Shown piece after piece: positions 50,109 to 60,005 of a stretch of DNA of 64,000 nucleotides. Numbering within the stretch: position 1 is the first letter of the stretch; the number at the start of each line of letters is the position of its first letter. The notes below the pieces were generated by a model. The model saw only the letters and a list, made by a program, of their open reading frames with translations, was not told the DNA's origin and searched no databases. The translations under genes were made by a program, and so were the position numbers. The stretch comes from an uncultured Gemmatimonadales bacterium (GTDB lineage Bacteria; Gemmatimonadota; Gemmatimonadetes; Gemmatimonadales; GWC2-71-9): positions 128,001 through 192,000 of the forward strand of contig CAVSQW010000002.1 of NCBI GenBank assembly GCA_963730185.1, read 5' to 3'.

Positions 50109-51098
50109 ATGAATGTTCGGCAACCCGTTCTCGCGCTTCTGATCCTCACCCTGGTGAGCGTCGGCGCGGCAGGGGCGCAGACCCCCATCCCGCAGGTCCG
50201 GACCCAGGCGCCCGGCTTCTATCGAATGATGCTTGGTGACGTCGAGATCACCGCGCTCAATGACGGCGTCGTTCCATGGCCGGCATCGACGGTGATTGGG
50301 GCGACCAAGGACCAAATTCGGCTCGGTCTGGCTGAGATGCGCCTACCCGACACCGTGGGCATGTCGTACAGTGGCTACCTCGTGAACACGGGCACGCATC
50401 TGGTGTTGATCGACACCGGCACCGGCGGTAAGCTCGCCGACATGGCCGGGTTCAAAGGGGCCGGACGTCTGCTTGCCAACCTGCGGGCCGCCGGATACCG
50501 GCCCGACCAGGTCGACGTAGTCTGCATCACCCACGCCGGTCCTGACCATGTTGGCGGCCTGACGACCGGGGCCGAGATGACCTTCCCGAATGCCGTGGTG
50601 TGGGCCGCCCGACGCGAAGTCGAGACTTACGTCGACTCTGCGAAATCTGCGGCCGCCGTGGCGGCGTCCTCGAACCAGGACCAGGCAAGGGGCTTGATCG
50701 CCTTCGAGCACGGGCTCTTCGCGCCCTACATCGCGGCCGGCAAGTTCCACGCATTCGACGGCGACGTCGACGTCGTGCCGGGCGTTCGCGCCCTCGCCAC
50801 ACCAGGACATACGCCGGGGCACACATCGTACGTGGTCGAGAGCAGGGGACAGCGGATGATCGTGATCGGAGACCTCGTCCATTGGGCGGCGATCCAGTTC
50901 CCGTACCCTGCGGCGTATACCGCCTTCGACGCCGACTCGACGGCATCGGCTGCGTCGCGCCTGCGAGTCTTCAGGATGGCTGCGACTGACGACGACTGGG
51001 TCGCGGGGGCCCATATTTCGTTCCCCGGGATCGGGAAGGTCCGCGCGGATGCACGCCGTTTCTACTGGATTCCGGTCAACTACGAGATTCCGAAATAG
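50109..51098 (+). CDS. Exported MBL-fold hydrolase, methyl-parathion-hydrolase/lactonase-like
   Basis: Signal peptide, QAPGFYRMMLGD.EITALNDG, LIDTG, THAGPDH, TPGHTPGH, GDLVH and AHISFPGIG. Confidence 0.88.
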   Translation: MNVRQPVLALLILTLVSVGAAGAQTPIPQVRTQAPGFYRMMLGDVEITALNDGVVPWPASTVIGATKDQIRLGLAEMRLPDTVGMSYSGYLVNTGTHLVLIDTGTGGKLADMAGFKGAGRLLANLRAAGYRPDQVDVVCITHAGPDHVGGLTTGAEMTFPNAVVWAARREVETYVDSAKSAAAVAASSNQDQARGLIAFEHGLFAPYIAAGKFHAFDGDVDVVPGVRALATPGHTPGHTSYVVESRGQRMIVIGDLVHWAAIQFPYPAAYTAFDADSTASAASRLRVFRMAATDDDWVAGAHISFPGIGKVRADARRFYWIPVNYEIPK

Positions 51099-51342
51099 GA
51101 GCACCGGGCGGACGAGCCGTTCGAGCTTCGCCGTCGCCGTGGCCGGGCGTCGCCGGGAGGACGGCCGCGTAGGCCCCTTGAACCGCTCGTGGAGGCGCCT
51201 GGACTTGAGCGGCCGGAACGCCTTGCCCCCATCCCCATCCGAGGTGATCGGCAGGTGACTTTCCGAAGACCCGAGTTCCGTACGGGGCCTGGGCTAGCCG
51301 CGACGATCGCGTCGGCCAAACCGTCCTTGGAGGAAGGGTCCG

Positions 51343-53046
51343 ATGCCAACCCGCCACGAATCCAGGTCCCGACGGGTCGTCCTGACCGTCCTGGCAATCG
51401 CCTCGGCCTGCAGTTCTCCGGCCGGGCCGCCACCGTTCGGGCTCGATGCCGAAACGGCGGCCGCCGTGGCCCATGCCGCCGCAGAGCCGACCGGCGCCAC
51501 CCGGATCAAAGCCGACCTCTTCTGGCTCGCCGCCGACGCCCGCCAGGGCCGCGGGACCGGCACGGCCGCTTATGACCAGGCGGCCCGCTATGTCGCGGCC
51601 AGATTTCAGGGCCTTGGCCTGAAGCCCGGCGGCGACCAGGGCGGCTGGTTCCAGCAGGTGCCCATGCGGAAGTCGAAGAACGACGTGGACGCCTTCTACC
51701 TGTCGATCGCGTCGAAGGGCTCCGCTCCGATCGGGCTGAACGAGCTCGACGACTACCTCATCCTGAGGCCGCAGGCGCCGACCGTCGAGGCGAGCGCGCC
51801 GGCCGTCTTCGTCGGCCACGGGATCACCGACGAGAGCAGCGGCGTGGACGACTACGCCGGCCTCGACGTGAAGGGCAAGATCGTCGTCGTCATGGGCGGC
51901 GCGCCGGCGTCGTTCGACATCGACAAGGCGGCCTACTACCGAGTGTTCACCGCCGACGCCAAGCGGCGGATCGCGGCCGATCATGGCGCGATCGGCATGA
52001 TCCTGGTCCCGACCGAGTTCACCGACCGGCAGTTCCCCTGGGAGCTCCAACGAGCCGAGTTCGTCGGCAACGCCCAGATGACGTGGCGGCACTCGGATGG
52101 CACGCCCGAGTCTCCGGCACCGGCGATCGCCGTGCTGGCCTCGATGAGCGCGCCGGGCGCCCGCAAGCTCTTTGCCGGCGCTCCCGAAAGCTATGACGAG
52201 CTGCGCCGGCAGGAGGCCGCGGGAACGACCAGGCTGCCGTCCTTCGAGATGCCGGTCGTCGTGTCGCTGAAAGGCGGGGCGATCGTCGAAGACTTGTCGA
52301 GCCCCAATGTCGTCGGCGTCCTGGAGGGGGGCGACCCGACCCTCAAGGCGGAATTCGTGGTCATGACGGCGCATCTCGACCATATCGGCATGGGCGAAGT
52401 CGATCCGCGTCACCCGGATGCCGACGTCATCTATAACGGCGCCGACGACAACGCCAGCGGCGTCGCGGTGCTCATCGAGGAGGTCCGGAAGTTCCGGGAC
52501 GCCGGTGTGCGTCCGGCCCGCTCGGTGATCTTCCTGGCGACGACCGGCGAAGAGGCGAACATGATCGGCGCCGACTTCTTCGCGCGGTATCCCACCGTGC
52601 CGAAAGAGAATATGGTGGCGGACGTCAATCTGGACGGGGCGATTCCGAGCTACCATTTCATCGACGTCATCGCGTTCGGGGCGGAGCACTCGACGCTCGA
52701 ATCGACCGTCCGGAAGGCGGCGGCATCGATGGATCTCCCGCTCCTGCCCGATCCGGTGCCGGAGATGAGAGCTTTCACCCGCTCCGACCAATATCGCTTC
52801 GTCCAACAGGGCATTCCTTCGGTCTTCTTGGTGGCGGGCCGGAGCGACGGCAAGCGCCCGGAAGCCAAGCCGCGTTATCACCAGGTCGATGACGACGTCA
52901 CTCAGCCCTTCGACTACGAAGAGGGCGATCGCTTTGCCAGGCTCAACTGGCTGGTCGCGCGGGATCTCGCCAACGCGGCCGAACGCCCGCGTTGGAACAA
53001 GGGCGACTTCTTCGGCGAGCGATACGGCAAGCGGCCGCGTCAGTAG
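51343..53046 (+). CDS. M28-family metallopeptidase with PA domain, probable lipoprotein
   Basis: ASAC lipobox, DDYAGLDVKGKIV, TAHLDH, YNGADDNASG, GEE, RSDQ and YHQ. Confidence 0.9.
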   Translation: MPTRHESRSRRVVLTVLAIASACSSPAGPPPFGLDAETAAAVAHAAAEPTGATRIKADLFWLAADARQGRGTGTAAYDQAARYVAARFQGLGLKPGGDQGGWFQQVPMRKSKNDVDAFYLSIASKGSAPIGLNELDDYLILRPQAPTVEASAPAVFVGHGITDESSGVDDYAGLDVKGKIVVVMGGAPASFDIDKAAYYRVFTADAKRRIAADHGAIGMILVPTEFTDRQFPWELQRAEFVGNAQMTWRHSDGTPESPAPAIAVLASMSAPGARKLFAGAPESYDELRRQEAAGTTRLPSFEMPVVVSLKGGAIVEDLSSPNVVGVLEGGDPTLKAEFVVMTAHLDHIGMGEVDPRHPDADVIYNGADDNASGVAVLIEEVRKFRDAGVRPARSVIFLATTGEEANMIGADFFARYPTVPKENMVADVNLDGAIPSYHFIDVIAFGAEHSTLESTVRKAAASMDLPLLPDPVPEMRAFTRSDQYRFVQQGIPSVFLVAGRSDGKRPEAKPRYHQVDDDVTQPFDYEEGDRFARLNWLVARDLANAAERPRWNKGDFFGERYGKRPRQ

Positions 53047-53047
53047 C

Positions 53048-53087
53048 TGCGACGGGCGGCGCGATGGCCGGCGCTGCCGGCGTCGCA
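53048..53087. terminator. GC-rich hairpin between convergent genes
   Basis: Outer TGCGACG...CGTCGCA and inner GGCGGCGC...GCGCTGCC stems. No U-tract. Confidence 0.35.
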
Positions 53088-53134
53088 ACGAGTGCCGGGT
53101 ACCGAGGGCGATGCACACCCGGCGTGCTAGGCGC

Positions 53135-54878
53135 CTATCGCGCTTGTGTCCCGGCCTCCCGATTGGTCAGTTGAAGCAGGTTCCGGCCGTCCCGGTCGAT
53201 CCGGTAGAGTCCGACATGGGCGGTCCACCCCCGCCGAAAGGCGATGGATCGCCCGTCGGGTGACCAGCGAGGCTGGTAGGCGCCTTCGGGAAAGTCGGTC
53301 AGCTGGTGCAGCGCCGTGCCGTCCGCCCGCACCACGAAGATGGCGGCGTGGGCGTCCTGGCCGACCAGCGACACGAAGGCGATCCACTCGCCGTCGGGCG
53401 ACCAATCCGGGTTGAAGGAGGGCGTGTCCCGGTGGCTCACGTTCGTGGGCTCGGCCTCGATCGAGGCCCGCACCAGGATTTGGTTGACGCGCGTTCCCTG
53501 AAGGATCCCGGAGGTCATGACGCGATCGTCCACCGGGTTGGGCACCAGATAGATCTCGGGCCATTCGGGTCGCCGCACCAGTTCCCGCCCGCCGCCGTCG
53601 GGCCGGATCCGGAGAAAGAGTGGCTCCTTCCCCCCCGCTCGATAGTAGATCCACTGGCCGTCGCGCGACCACCGGGCCTGCGCCGCCGGTCCGGTCTCGT
53701 GGGTAACCTGCGACCGATCGGATCCGTCCGGCCGCATGGTCCAGATCTCCGGCTTCCCCGACTCGGTCGATACGAAGGCCAGCGCGCCGCCGTCGGGCGA
53801 GTAGCTCGGATTCCGCTCGGTGGCGATGCCGTGCGAGATGCGGACCTGTCCGCTGCCGTCCGGGTTCATCCGCCAGATCTGGGGAAAGCCATCCCGATCC
53901 GAGACGAACACGAGATGGCTGCCGTCCGGGGCCCACTGCGGCGCGCTGGTGATGACGGGCGCCGCACCTGGCTCCACCAGCATGCCCGAATAGGCGCCGT
54001 CGGGCGAGAGGATCGCGATGCCCCGGTGGCCGGCGCCGTTCCCGACCCGGACGAGAATCGTGCCGTTCGGGCCCACCCTCGGCTCGAACCAGGGCTCCGT
54101 GTTCTGGGTGAGCTGTCGGAGCCCGGTCCCGTCGCGCCGGACCTCGAAGATTCGAGCGACGCCGCTATTCGGCGACACGAAGAGCAGGGATGAGCCGTCC
54201 GGCCGCCAGCTCGAGTTGAAGGCCGTGCGCTCGCCCGAGACCCGGATCGGCGGCCGATCGGCCTCTTTCACCCAGACGCCGTAGCCCGGTTCACCGGTGT
54301 TCCCTGAGAAGCTCAGCGCCGAGCCGTCCGGCGACCAGACGGGATAGTGCTGCGCGCCGGACGCGAGCCAGGGCGTCGGCCTGTCGAGCCGATCGAGCGG
54401 CGCATACACCACTCGGCCCGACTGTCCCAGGTGGCTCGGGTCGGTCTCCGCCGTCCAGGCCCAGGTGAGCCTCCCGTCGGGGCCCAGATTCGGCGCCATC
54501 TCCGAGCCCGGCGTCTCGGTCAGCCGGTCGCTCCCCGGTGCCATCGACCCCGATCGAGTAGAGGTCCATGTTGCCCGACCGGTCCGAGACGAAGACGATC
54601 CGCCGTCCGTCGGCCGACCAGGTCGGGCTGATGTCGTTCCCGGCGCTTCGGGTCAGCCGTCGGCGCTCGCGAGTGTAGGGATCAATCAGGTAGAGCTGCC
54701 AGGGCCCGCCGATCGCCATCGCGACCGCGACCAGGCTGCCGTCCGGTGACCAGGCCGCGAAGCCGGATTGCGGCGTGGTCGGCGGAGGTTGTTGGGCCAC
54801 GGCGGCGGGCGCCGTCGTCGGGCCGGCCAGCAGCATCGCCAGCAGTCCGCAGATCCGTTGCACGGGTTGTCCTGGCAT
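53135..54878 (-). CDS. TolB-like PD40-repeat beta-propeller protein (one extra base near 54530)
   Basis: Signal peptide and about ten P.WSPDG..I.F.S repeats across ORFs 54291-54878 and 53135-54544, joined at GTGER/RLTE. Confidence 0.82.
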
Positions 54879-55104
54879 CGGTTACCGTCCGAGGTCGATC
54901 CGCCGGATGGCGAACCGAACCGGCGCCAGCAAGAGATGCGGTCGGTGGGACATCCACTCCCCTGAATCGGTTGGAGACGAGAGCGACTCCTCTCGCAACC
55001 TACGACGGGGCCCCCGGTGGGGATTCGGGAATGCGCTGGTGGATGAGTGGGACTGGACCGAGTCGATCGAGTAAGTGGCGTCGAGCGCAGGTTGCGGCGC
55101 CCGG

Positions 55105-55803
55105 TCACTTCACCGTAAAGGACAGCAGCGTCACCGGGCCCGCCGAGGCGTTGTGGATCCGGGCCGGCCGGCGCTCTCCCATCCAGTGGAACGTTCCCGG
55201 ATGGGCGCTGATGGTCACGGGATCCGCGCCCCCGAGCAGGTGCAACTCCCCGGTCGAGAGAAACACCAGCAGAGTGCGCTCGTCGCTGGGGAGCGAGTGG
55301 GTCTCGTTCGGGCCGACCACGCTCCGGACCACCCGGAGCCGAGCGTTGTCGAGGACCACCGAGTCGCCGGCCGCGATCGGGGGGAGGGAGGCGGTGCCGG
55401 CCCGGTGCGACAGGAGTTCGATGGTGAGGTTGTGAAACGGCGCGCTGCCGTGGTTCGACACCCGGTGGGTGAGCGGGGGGGAGAACCCCACCTGGCCGTC
55501 GCGTAGGTCGAGCGGCACGGGCGCCGCGCCCAGCGCCTGCGCGGTCAGCTCCGCCGCCCCGATGCTGACGAAGGTGTAGTCGTTGGCATGGACGTGGTAC
55601 AGGGTGGTGTCGCCGGGAGGAACGACCACGTCGAAGACCCGAACGACCGCGTTCTCGAACACCGGGTGATGTCGCGGCTCCTCCGACACCGGCACGGTGC
55701 GCTGGGCCTGGACCGGTCTGGCGACGGAGCCCAGGAGGAGGCCGAGCAGGAGCAGGCGGAAGCTTCGACGGCTCGGGCTGGTCGTGGCAGGAGAAGCGTG
55801 CAT
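55105..55803 (-). CDS. Exported tandem cupin-like protein
   Basis: Signal ending VQA-Q, EPRHH.VFEN..VRV, HVH and HRVSN. Second repeat LDNARLRV. Confidence 0.7.
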   Translation of the reverse strand: MHASPATTSPSRRSFRLLLLGLLLGSVARPVQAQRTVPVSEEPRHHPVFENAVVRVFDVVVPPGDTTLYHVHANDYTFVSIGAAELTAQALGAAPVPLDLRDGQVGFSPPLTHRVSNHGSAPFHNLTIELLSHRAGTASLPPIAAGDSVVLDNARLRVVRSVVGPNETHSLPSDERTLLVFLSTGELHLLGGADPVTISAHPGTFHWMGERRPARIHNASAGPVTLLSFTVK

Positions 55804-56033
55804 GGTGGGAAGATCGTGCTTGTCCCGGGAGCCGGTCAAGGATGCTGGCCGGGCGGCGCCTTGACGGCTTCGCGGCCTGGCCCGGCCGGGATCGCGGTGC
55901 GGGTGACGCAATGGCTCCGCTTCCCAAGCTGGGGCCACGGCCCCATGTTCTCCCGAGGGCGCCACGGCCGCTCGATCCGCGCGGGGCTGAGCACCGCGAT
56001 CTCGTTGGCCGTCGCCTGGGGGAGGGAAGAGCG

Positions 56034-56378
56034 ATGAGCCCGAACACCGCGTTCAGCCGGGTCGAGCGGCTGGGCCTCCGGCTGGCCGACGTCGAGATCG
56101 GCAAATCGTACGGTGCCCCGGCGCTCAAGGTTCGGGGCCGGATGTTCGCCTGTGTCCCCACGCACCGTTCGGCGGAGCCCGGGTCGCTCGCCGTCCGGAT
56201 GAGCGTCGTGGAGCGCGAGCTCCGGCTGCGACTCAGCCCCGACGTCTACTATCTGAAGCCGCACTACGAGCCGCACCCGGTCGTGCTGGCGCGCCTGGCG
56301 AAGCTCGCCGACGATGAGCTGAGCGAGCTGCTCGAGACCGGATGGGCGTTCGAGCGGGCGCCCGGGAAGCGGCGCTAA
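56034..56378 (+). CDS. MmcQ/YjbR-family protein
   Basis: SYGAPALKVRGRMFA, YY..PHY...VLARL and ELLE..W. Confidence 0.82.
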   Translation: MSPNTAFSRVERLGLRLADVEIGKSYGAPALKVRGRMFACVPTHRSAEPGSLAVRMSVVERELRLRLSPDVYYLKPHYEPHPVVLARLAKLADDELSELLETGWAFERAPGKRR

Positions 56379-56443
56379 GGCGATCGTTGACACCTTTGGG
56401 GACCAACGGACGTACAGATGCCGCCCCCAACGGAGCCCGGCCT

Positions 56444-56650
56444 ATCCTGAAGCCCATTCTTGGTGTTGCCGCCACCGGCGTCGTCGCCCTGCTGCTGGGA
56501 AAGCTGCTCCTGGCGCTGCTCATTCCGTTCGCCGGACTGGCCGTCGGCTTCCTCCTCTTGGTCGCCAAAGCGGTCTTCATCGGTGGACTGGTCTGCCTCG
56601 CGATCTGGCTCTTCCGGCGGTCGAGCCGGCGGGAGCGCGAGGCCGCCTAG
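56444..56650 (+). CDS. Small two-helix membrane protein (start codon unclear)
   Basis: LKPILGVAATG...AIWLFRR hydrophobic stretch with a basic tail. GGAG lies 8 nt before an ATC at 56444. Confidence 0.55.
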   Translation: MLKPILGVAATGVVALLLGKLLLALLIPFAGLAVGFLLLVAKAVFIGGLVCLAIWLFRRSSRREREAA

Positions 56651-56662
56651 CAACCGCGGGGG

Positions 56663-57712
56663 CTACGGCGCTTCCGCCAGCATGACCCCGGCCAGCTGGT
56701 GGGCGATCTTGGCCACCGGCGTCGGCGCCACGTTGCTGAGCACCACGATATCGATGCCGTCGTCGGGCAGCCGGAGGTTGAACGCGTTGAAGCCCGGGAG
56801 CCCGCCGGAGTGTTGCAGGACCGGGTGCCCCTCGATCGCGCCCAGCTGCCAGCCATAGGCGTAGTTTCGGAGCTCGGGGCGGTACATCTCTTCGTAGGCC
56901 TTCCGCGATATCAGCCGGTGGTCGGCCAGCGCCCGGTCCCAGGTGGCCAGGTCGCCGACCGTCGAGTACAGGTTGCCGCCGCCGGTGAGCACGGGAACGT
57001 AGATCGCGGGCGCGTCGGTGATCGTACCGCCGCTGTCGGAGCGAACGTAGCCCAGCGCCCGGCCCTTCGGCGCCAGCCCGGGATGATCGGCGCCCGTGTG
57101 CGTCATGCCGAGCGGCTCGAAGATCTCCCGGTCCATGAAGTCGCCGTAGTCCTGCCCGGACACCTGCTCGATCAGCTTGGCCAGCAGGAAGTAGCCCAGG
57201 CCGCTGTAGGCGTAGTCGGTGCCCGGCTCGAACAGGAGCGGCTGGTCGTAGAACCGGGCCAGCGTCTCGTCCAGCGTCGTGGGGCGGGCCATGGTCTCGG
57301 TGAATCCCGGCAGGGCCCAGGAGTGCATCAGGCCGGAGGTGTGGGTCAAGATCTGGTGGATCGTCAGGGCCTGCCACGCTGCCGGCAGGCCGGGCACGTA
57401 CCGGCCCACCGAGTCGTGGGTGTCGAGCCGGCCGCGATCCTGCAGGATCATGACCGCCATCGCCGTGAATTCCTTCGTCACCGACCCGATCCGGAAGATG
57501 GTTTCCGGCGTGTTGGGAACGTCGCGGGCGCGGTCGGCGAGCCCGTAGCCCCGCGCGAACACCGTGGCGCCGGCCCGGGTCACGATGACGGACCCGTCGA
57601 AGCCGGCTTCGGTGACGACCGCGTCGAGCCGGTCGGCGAGGGTCTGGGCGGAGGCGGGGAGGGTGCCAAGCGCGACCGCCAGGGCCGCTGCCGTGATGGT
57701 TGCCTTCGTCAT
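56663..57712 (-). CDS. Serine hydrolase, beta-lactamase class C-like family
   Basis: Signal peptide, FRIGSVTK (SxxK), LTHTSG, PG..Y.YSG, IFEPLGM and HSGG. Confidence 0.9.
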   Translation of the reverse strand: MTKATITAAALAVALGTLPASAQTLADRLDAVVTEAGFDGSVIVTRAGATVFARGYGLADRARDVPNTPETIFRIGSVTKEFTAMAVMILQDRGRLDTHDSVGRYVPGLPAAWQALTIHQILTHTSGLMHSWALPGFTETMARPTTLDETLARFYDQPLLFEPGTDYAYSGLGYFLLAKLIEQVSGQDYGDFMDREIFEPLGMTHTGADHPGLAPKGRALGYVRSDSGGTITDAPAIYVPVLTGGGNLYSTVGDLATWDRALADHRLISRKAYEEMYRPELRNYAYGWQLGAIEGHPVLQHSGGLPGFNAFNLRLPDDGIDIVVLSNVAPTPVAKIAHQLAGVMLAEAP

Positions 57713-57749
57713 GGAAACTCGCTTCCGGCGGTCGGAGCCGCAGACGCGG

Positions 57750-59132
57750 CTACGGCCGGTGTGTCGCGGACGGGGTGATGGTGACGATGCCGACGCGGTC
57801 ACGATAGTCGATTTGCGTCCCGAACGGCTCCGACAGGCGCTGGAGCCGGGCGAGGATCCTCCGGGCGGCCGGCTCGTCGGCCAGCATCGGCCGGCCCCGT
57901 TGGGTGCGGGCCGTGCCGTATCCGAGGGTGATCGGATACAGCATGATCGACTCGAGCGTGCGGCCGCGCCAGCGCGGCGCGGCCACCACGCTCTCCCACA
58001 CCTCCGGCATCGCCGGGAAGCCCCGGCGGTCGTGATCGTAGCGGACGTCGTTGAGCCCGGCGACGCCCGCCGCCGGATCGGCGCCGACGTTGTCGTAGTC
58101 GTCCAGCGGCAGGCGATCGACGGTCTCGTTCTCGAAAATGAAGTCGCCGAGGCTGTAGAAGATCGGCTTGCCGTGGTAGATCTCGATGCCGCGGAGCACG
58201 TGGGGCCCATGCCCCACGAAGACGTCGGCGCCCGCATCGATCATCGCGTGCGCGAACGCCACCAGGAACTCGGCCGGCACCTCGCGGCCGCCGGCGCCCT
58301 CGTGGGCGTGAATGCTGACGATGGTGAGGTCGGAGAGCCCATGGGCGGCCGCGACCGACGCCCCGATCTCCGCCACGTCTCGCGAGTCCGGAACGGTGCG
58401 GCGGCCCGGGTGGTCGCCGACGGCGTAGGTCTCGCCGAGGAAGCCGACCGTATCGCGCGGCGGCAACGTCAGGCCGAGGTCGGCGGCGACGCGGCGGAGC
58501 GAGGTCATGCCGGCCGCCGTCAGGACGTTCGTCGTGGTGAAGTGCAACGGATTCAGACCGGGCCGCGCTGGAATGGCGCCGTCGGATCGCCCCGCCGGGG
58601 CGTTGGTCGGGAAGGTCGACGCGGTCGAGATCAGGGCCACTCGTCCCTTGGGAAGATCGAGATATCGGGGTGCTCGCGCCTCGGCCAGGCTCTCGCCCAC
58701 GCCGGCCGTCGCGAGGCCGGCGTCCTCCGCGTATCGACGGGTGAGCCGCATCCCCTCGACCCCCCAGTCGGTCGCGTGGTTGTTGGCGAGCCCCGCGAGG
58801 TCGAAGCCGGCCCAGACCAGCTCGCGCGCCATGGCCGGGGCGGCCCGCAGGTGCAGGCCGCCCGACTCGACCATCGGATAGGTCTCGTAGTCGTTGAGAC
58901 CGATCTCGAGATTGGTGAAGGCCGCGTCCTGGGCCCGGATCAGCGAGATCAGGTCGAGAAAGGCCGGCTCCGCGTGTTTGGAGAGCGGACGGGTGACGAT
59001 GGCGTCACCGGTCAGCGCGACCGAGATGGTGGAGTCCGGCGGCGTCACCTTCGTCTGGGCACTCGCCGAGCCGGCGTGGGCGGCGGCCAGCGCGAGGGCG
59101 AGCGTCGTCCACCGGAATGTTCCTCGACCCAT
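57750..59132 (-). CDS. CapA (PGA_cap) metallophosphatase-family protein
   Basis: Signal peptide, LTGD, FTNLE, LANNH.DWG, SIHAHE, GHGPH and FYSLGDF. Confidence 0.9.
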   Translation of the reverse strand: MGRGTFRWTTLALALAAAHAGSASAQTKVTPPDSTISVALTGDAIVTRPLSKHAEPAFLDLISLIRAQDAAFTNLEIGLNDYETYPMVESGGLHLRAAPAMARELVWAGFDLAGLANNHATDWGVEGMRLTRRYAEDAGLATAGVGESLAEARAPRYLDLPKGRVALISTASTFPTNAPAGRSDGAIPARPGLNPLHFTTTNVLTAAGMTSLRRVAADLGLTLPPRDTVGFLGETYAVGDHPGRRTVPDSRDVAEIGASVAAAHGLSDLTIVSIHAHEGAGGREVPAEFLVAFAHAMIDAGADVFVGHGPHVLRGIEIYHGKPIFYSLGDFIFENETVDRLPLDDYDNVGADPAAGVAGLNDVRYDHDRRGFPAMPEVWESVVAAPRWRGRTLESIMLYPITLGYGTARTQRGRPMLADEPAARRILARLQRLSEPFGTQIDYRDRVGIVTITPSATHRP

Positions 59133-59188
59133 CGCATTTCCTCCGGACGGTCAGCGAACGAACGACAAGGGCGTCGCGGCTTCTACGA

Positions 59189-59968
59189 TCAGCCGCTGTC
59201 CGGCTTGGTTACCTCCGCCTTCACCAGCCTGAGATGGCGGCCGTCGAGCCAGACTGTGAAGCGCATCATGCCGGAAGGACAGCAGTTGGGATCGTCCCGG
59301 GTTGCGATCGGCTGTTCGCCGGTCAGCGTCTCCAGGTCGAGGCGCCGCCCCTTATGCAGAGAAAAGCCGGCCGGAGCCCGGCGGGCGAGATCCTGGACGA
59401 AGTCATCCGCCACCCCGGCCCAGTGGTCCCCGCCGTACTCCACCAGCATCTGGTCATAACAGCCGCCGGTGCCGTTCAGGCAGACCTCCACCGCGACGAG
59501 CAGACCGGCCCGCCGGCGAGCCCAGCGGATGCCGTCGATCAGCTCGATGCTCCGGTCGCGGATCGTGTGCCAGATCGGTCGCGCCACGCCCTGGTGGGGA
59601 CTGATGGCGAGCAGCACGACCTCGTCGAGGTCGACCGTGTCCGACACGCCGACTCCCCGGTCCAGGGCCCGGCGGCGGTAGCGAGCCGCCGCCCACCATG
59701 AGGCGTCGGCGGTGTCCATGGTGACGAACTCGGTCACCCGGCAGGAGATCAGGTCGTCCGCGGCCACCAGGCTGGGCATGAGGTCGGTCAGGCACCGTGT
59801 CCTGGCCGTCTCGAGCGACGTGGCCGGGCGCACCAGGAACCCCTCGGCCGCGTCGTAGGGACGTTGGGCGGCCACCGGCGCTCCGGTCCAGGCGGCGAGC
59901 GCGAATGCCGTGAGCGCCAGGCGGCCCGCATCGCCGAGCGGGCGGCCGGGGTCCCGGGTCGCCGTCAT
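59189..59968 (-). CDS. Hypothetical exported Cys-containing protein
   Basis: Signal ending VAA-Q, CLNGTGGC and DDPNCCPSG. Confidence 0.65.
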   Translation of the reverse strand: MTATRDPGRPLGDAGRLALTAFALAAWTGAPVAAQRPYDAAEGFLVRPATSLETARTRCLTDLMPSLVAADDLISCRVTEFVTMDTADASWWAAARYRRRALDRGVGVSDTVDLDEVVLLAISPHQGVARPIWHTIRDRSIELIDGIRWARRRAGLLVAVEVCLNGTGGCYDQMLVEYGGDHWAGVADDFVQDLARRAPAGFSLHKGRRLDLETLTGEQPIATRDDPNCCPSGMMRFTVWLDGRHLRLVKAEVTKPDSG

Positions 59969-60005
59969 GGTGGGTTCGCCGATCGGAGCCCCCTGGCCCG
60001 GCCCG

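Noticed and set aside
53046..53140. Integron attC site (GCCTAGC resembles GCCTAAC)
   Set aside because: No matching GTTRRRY end, no repeated sites after other genes and no integrase.
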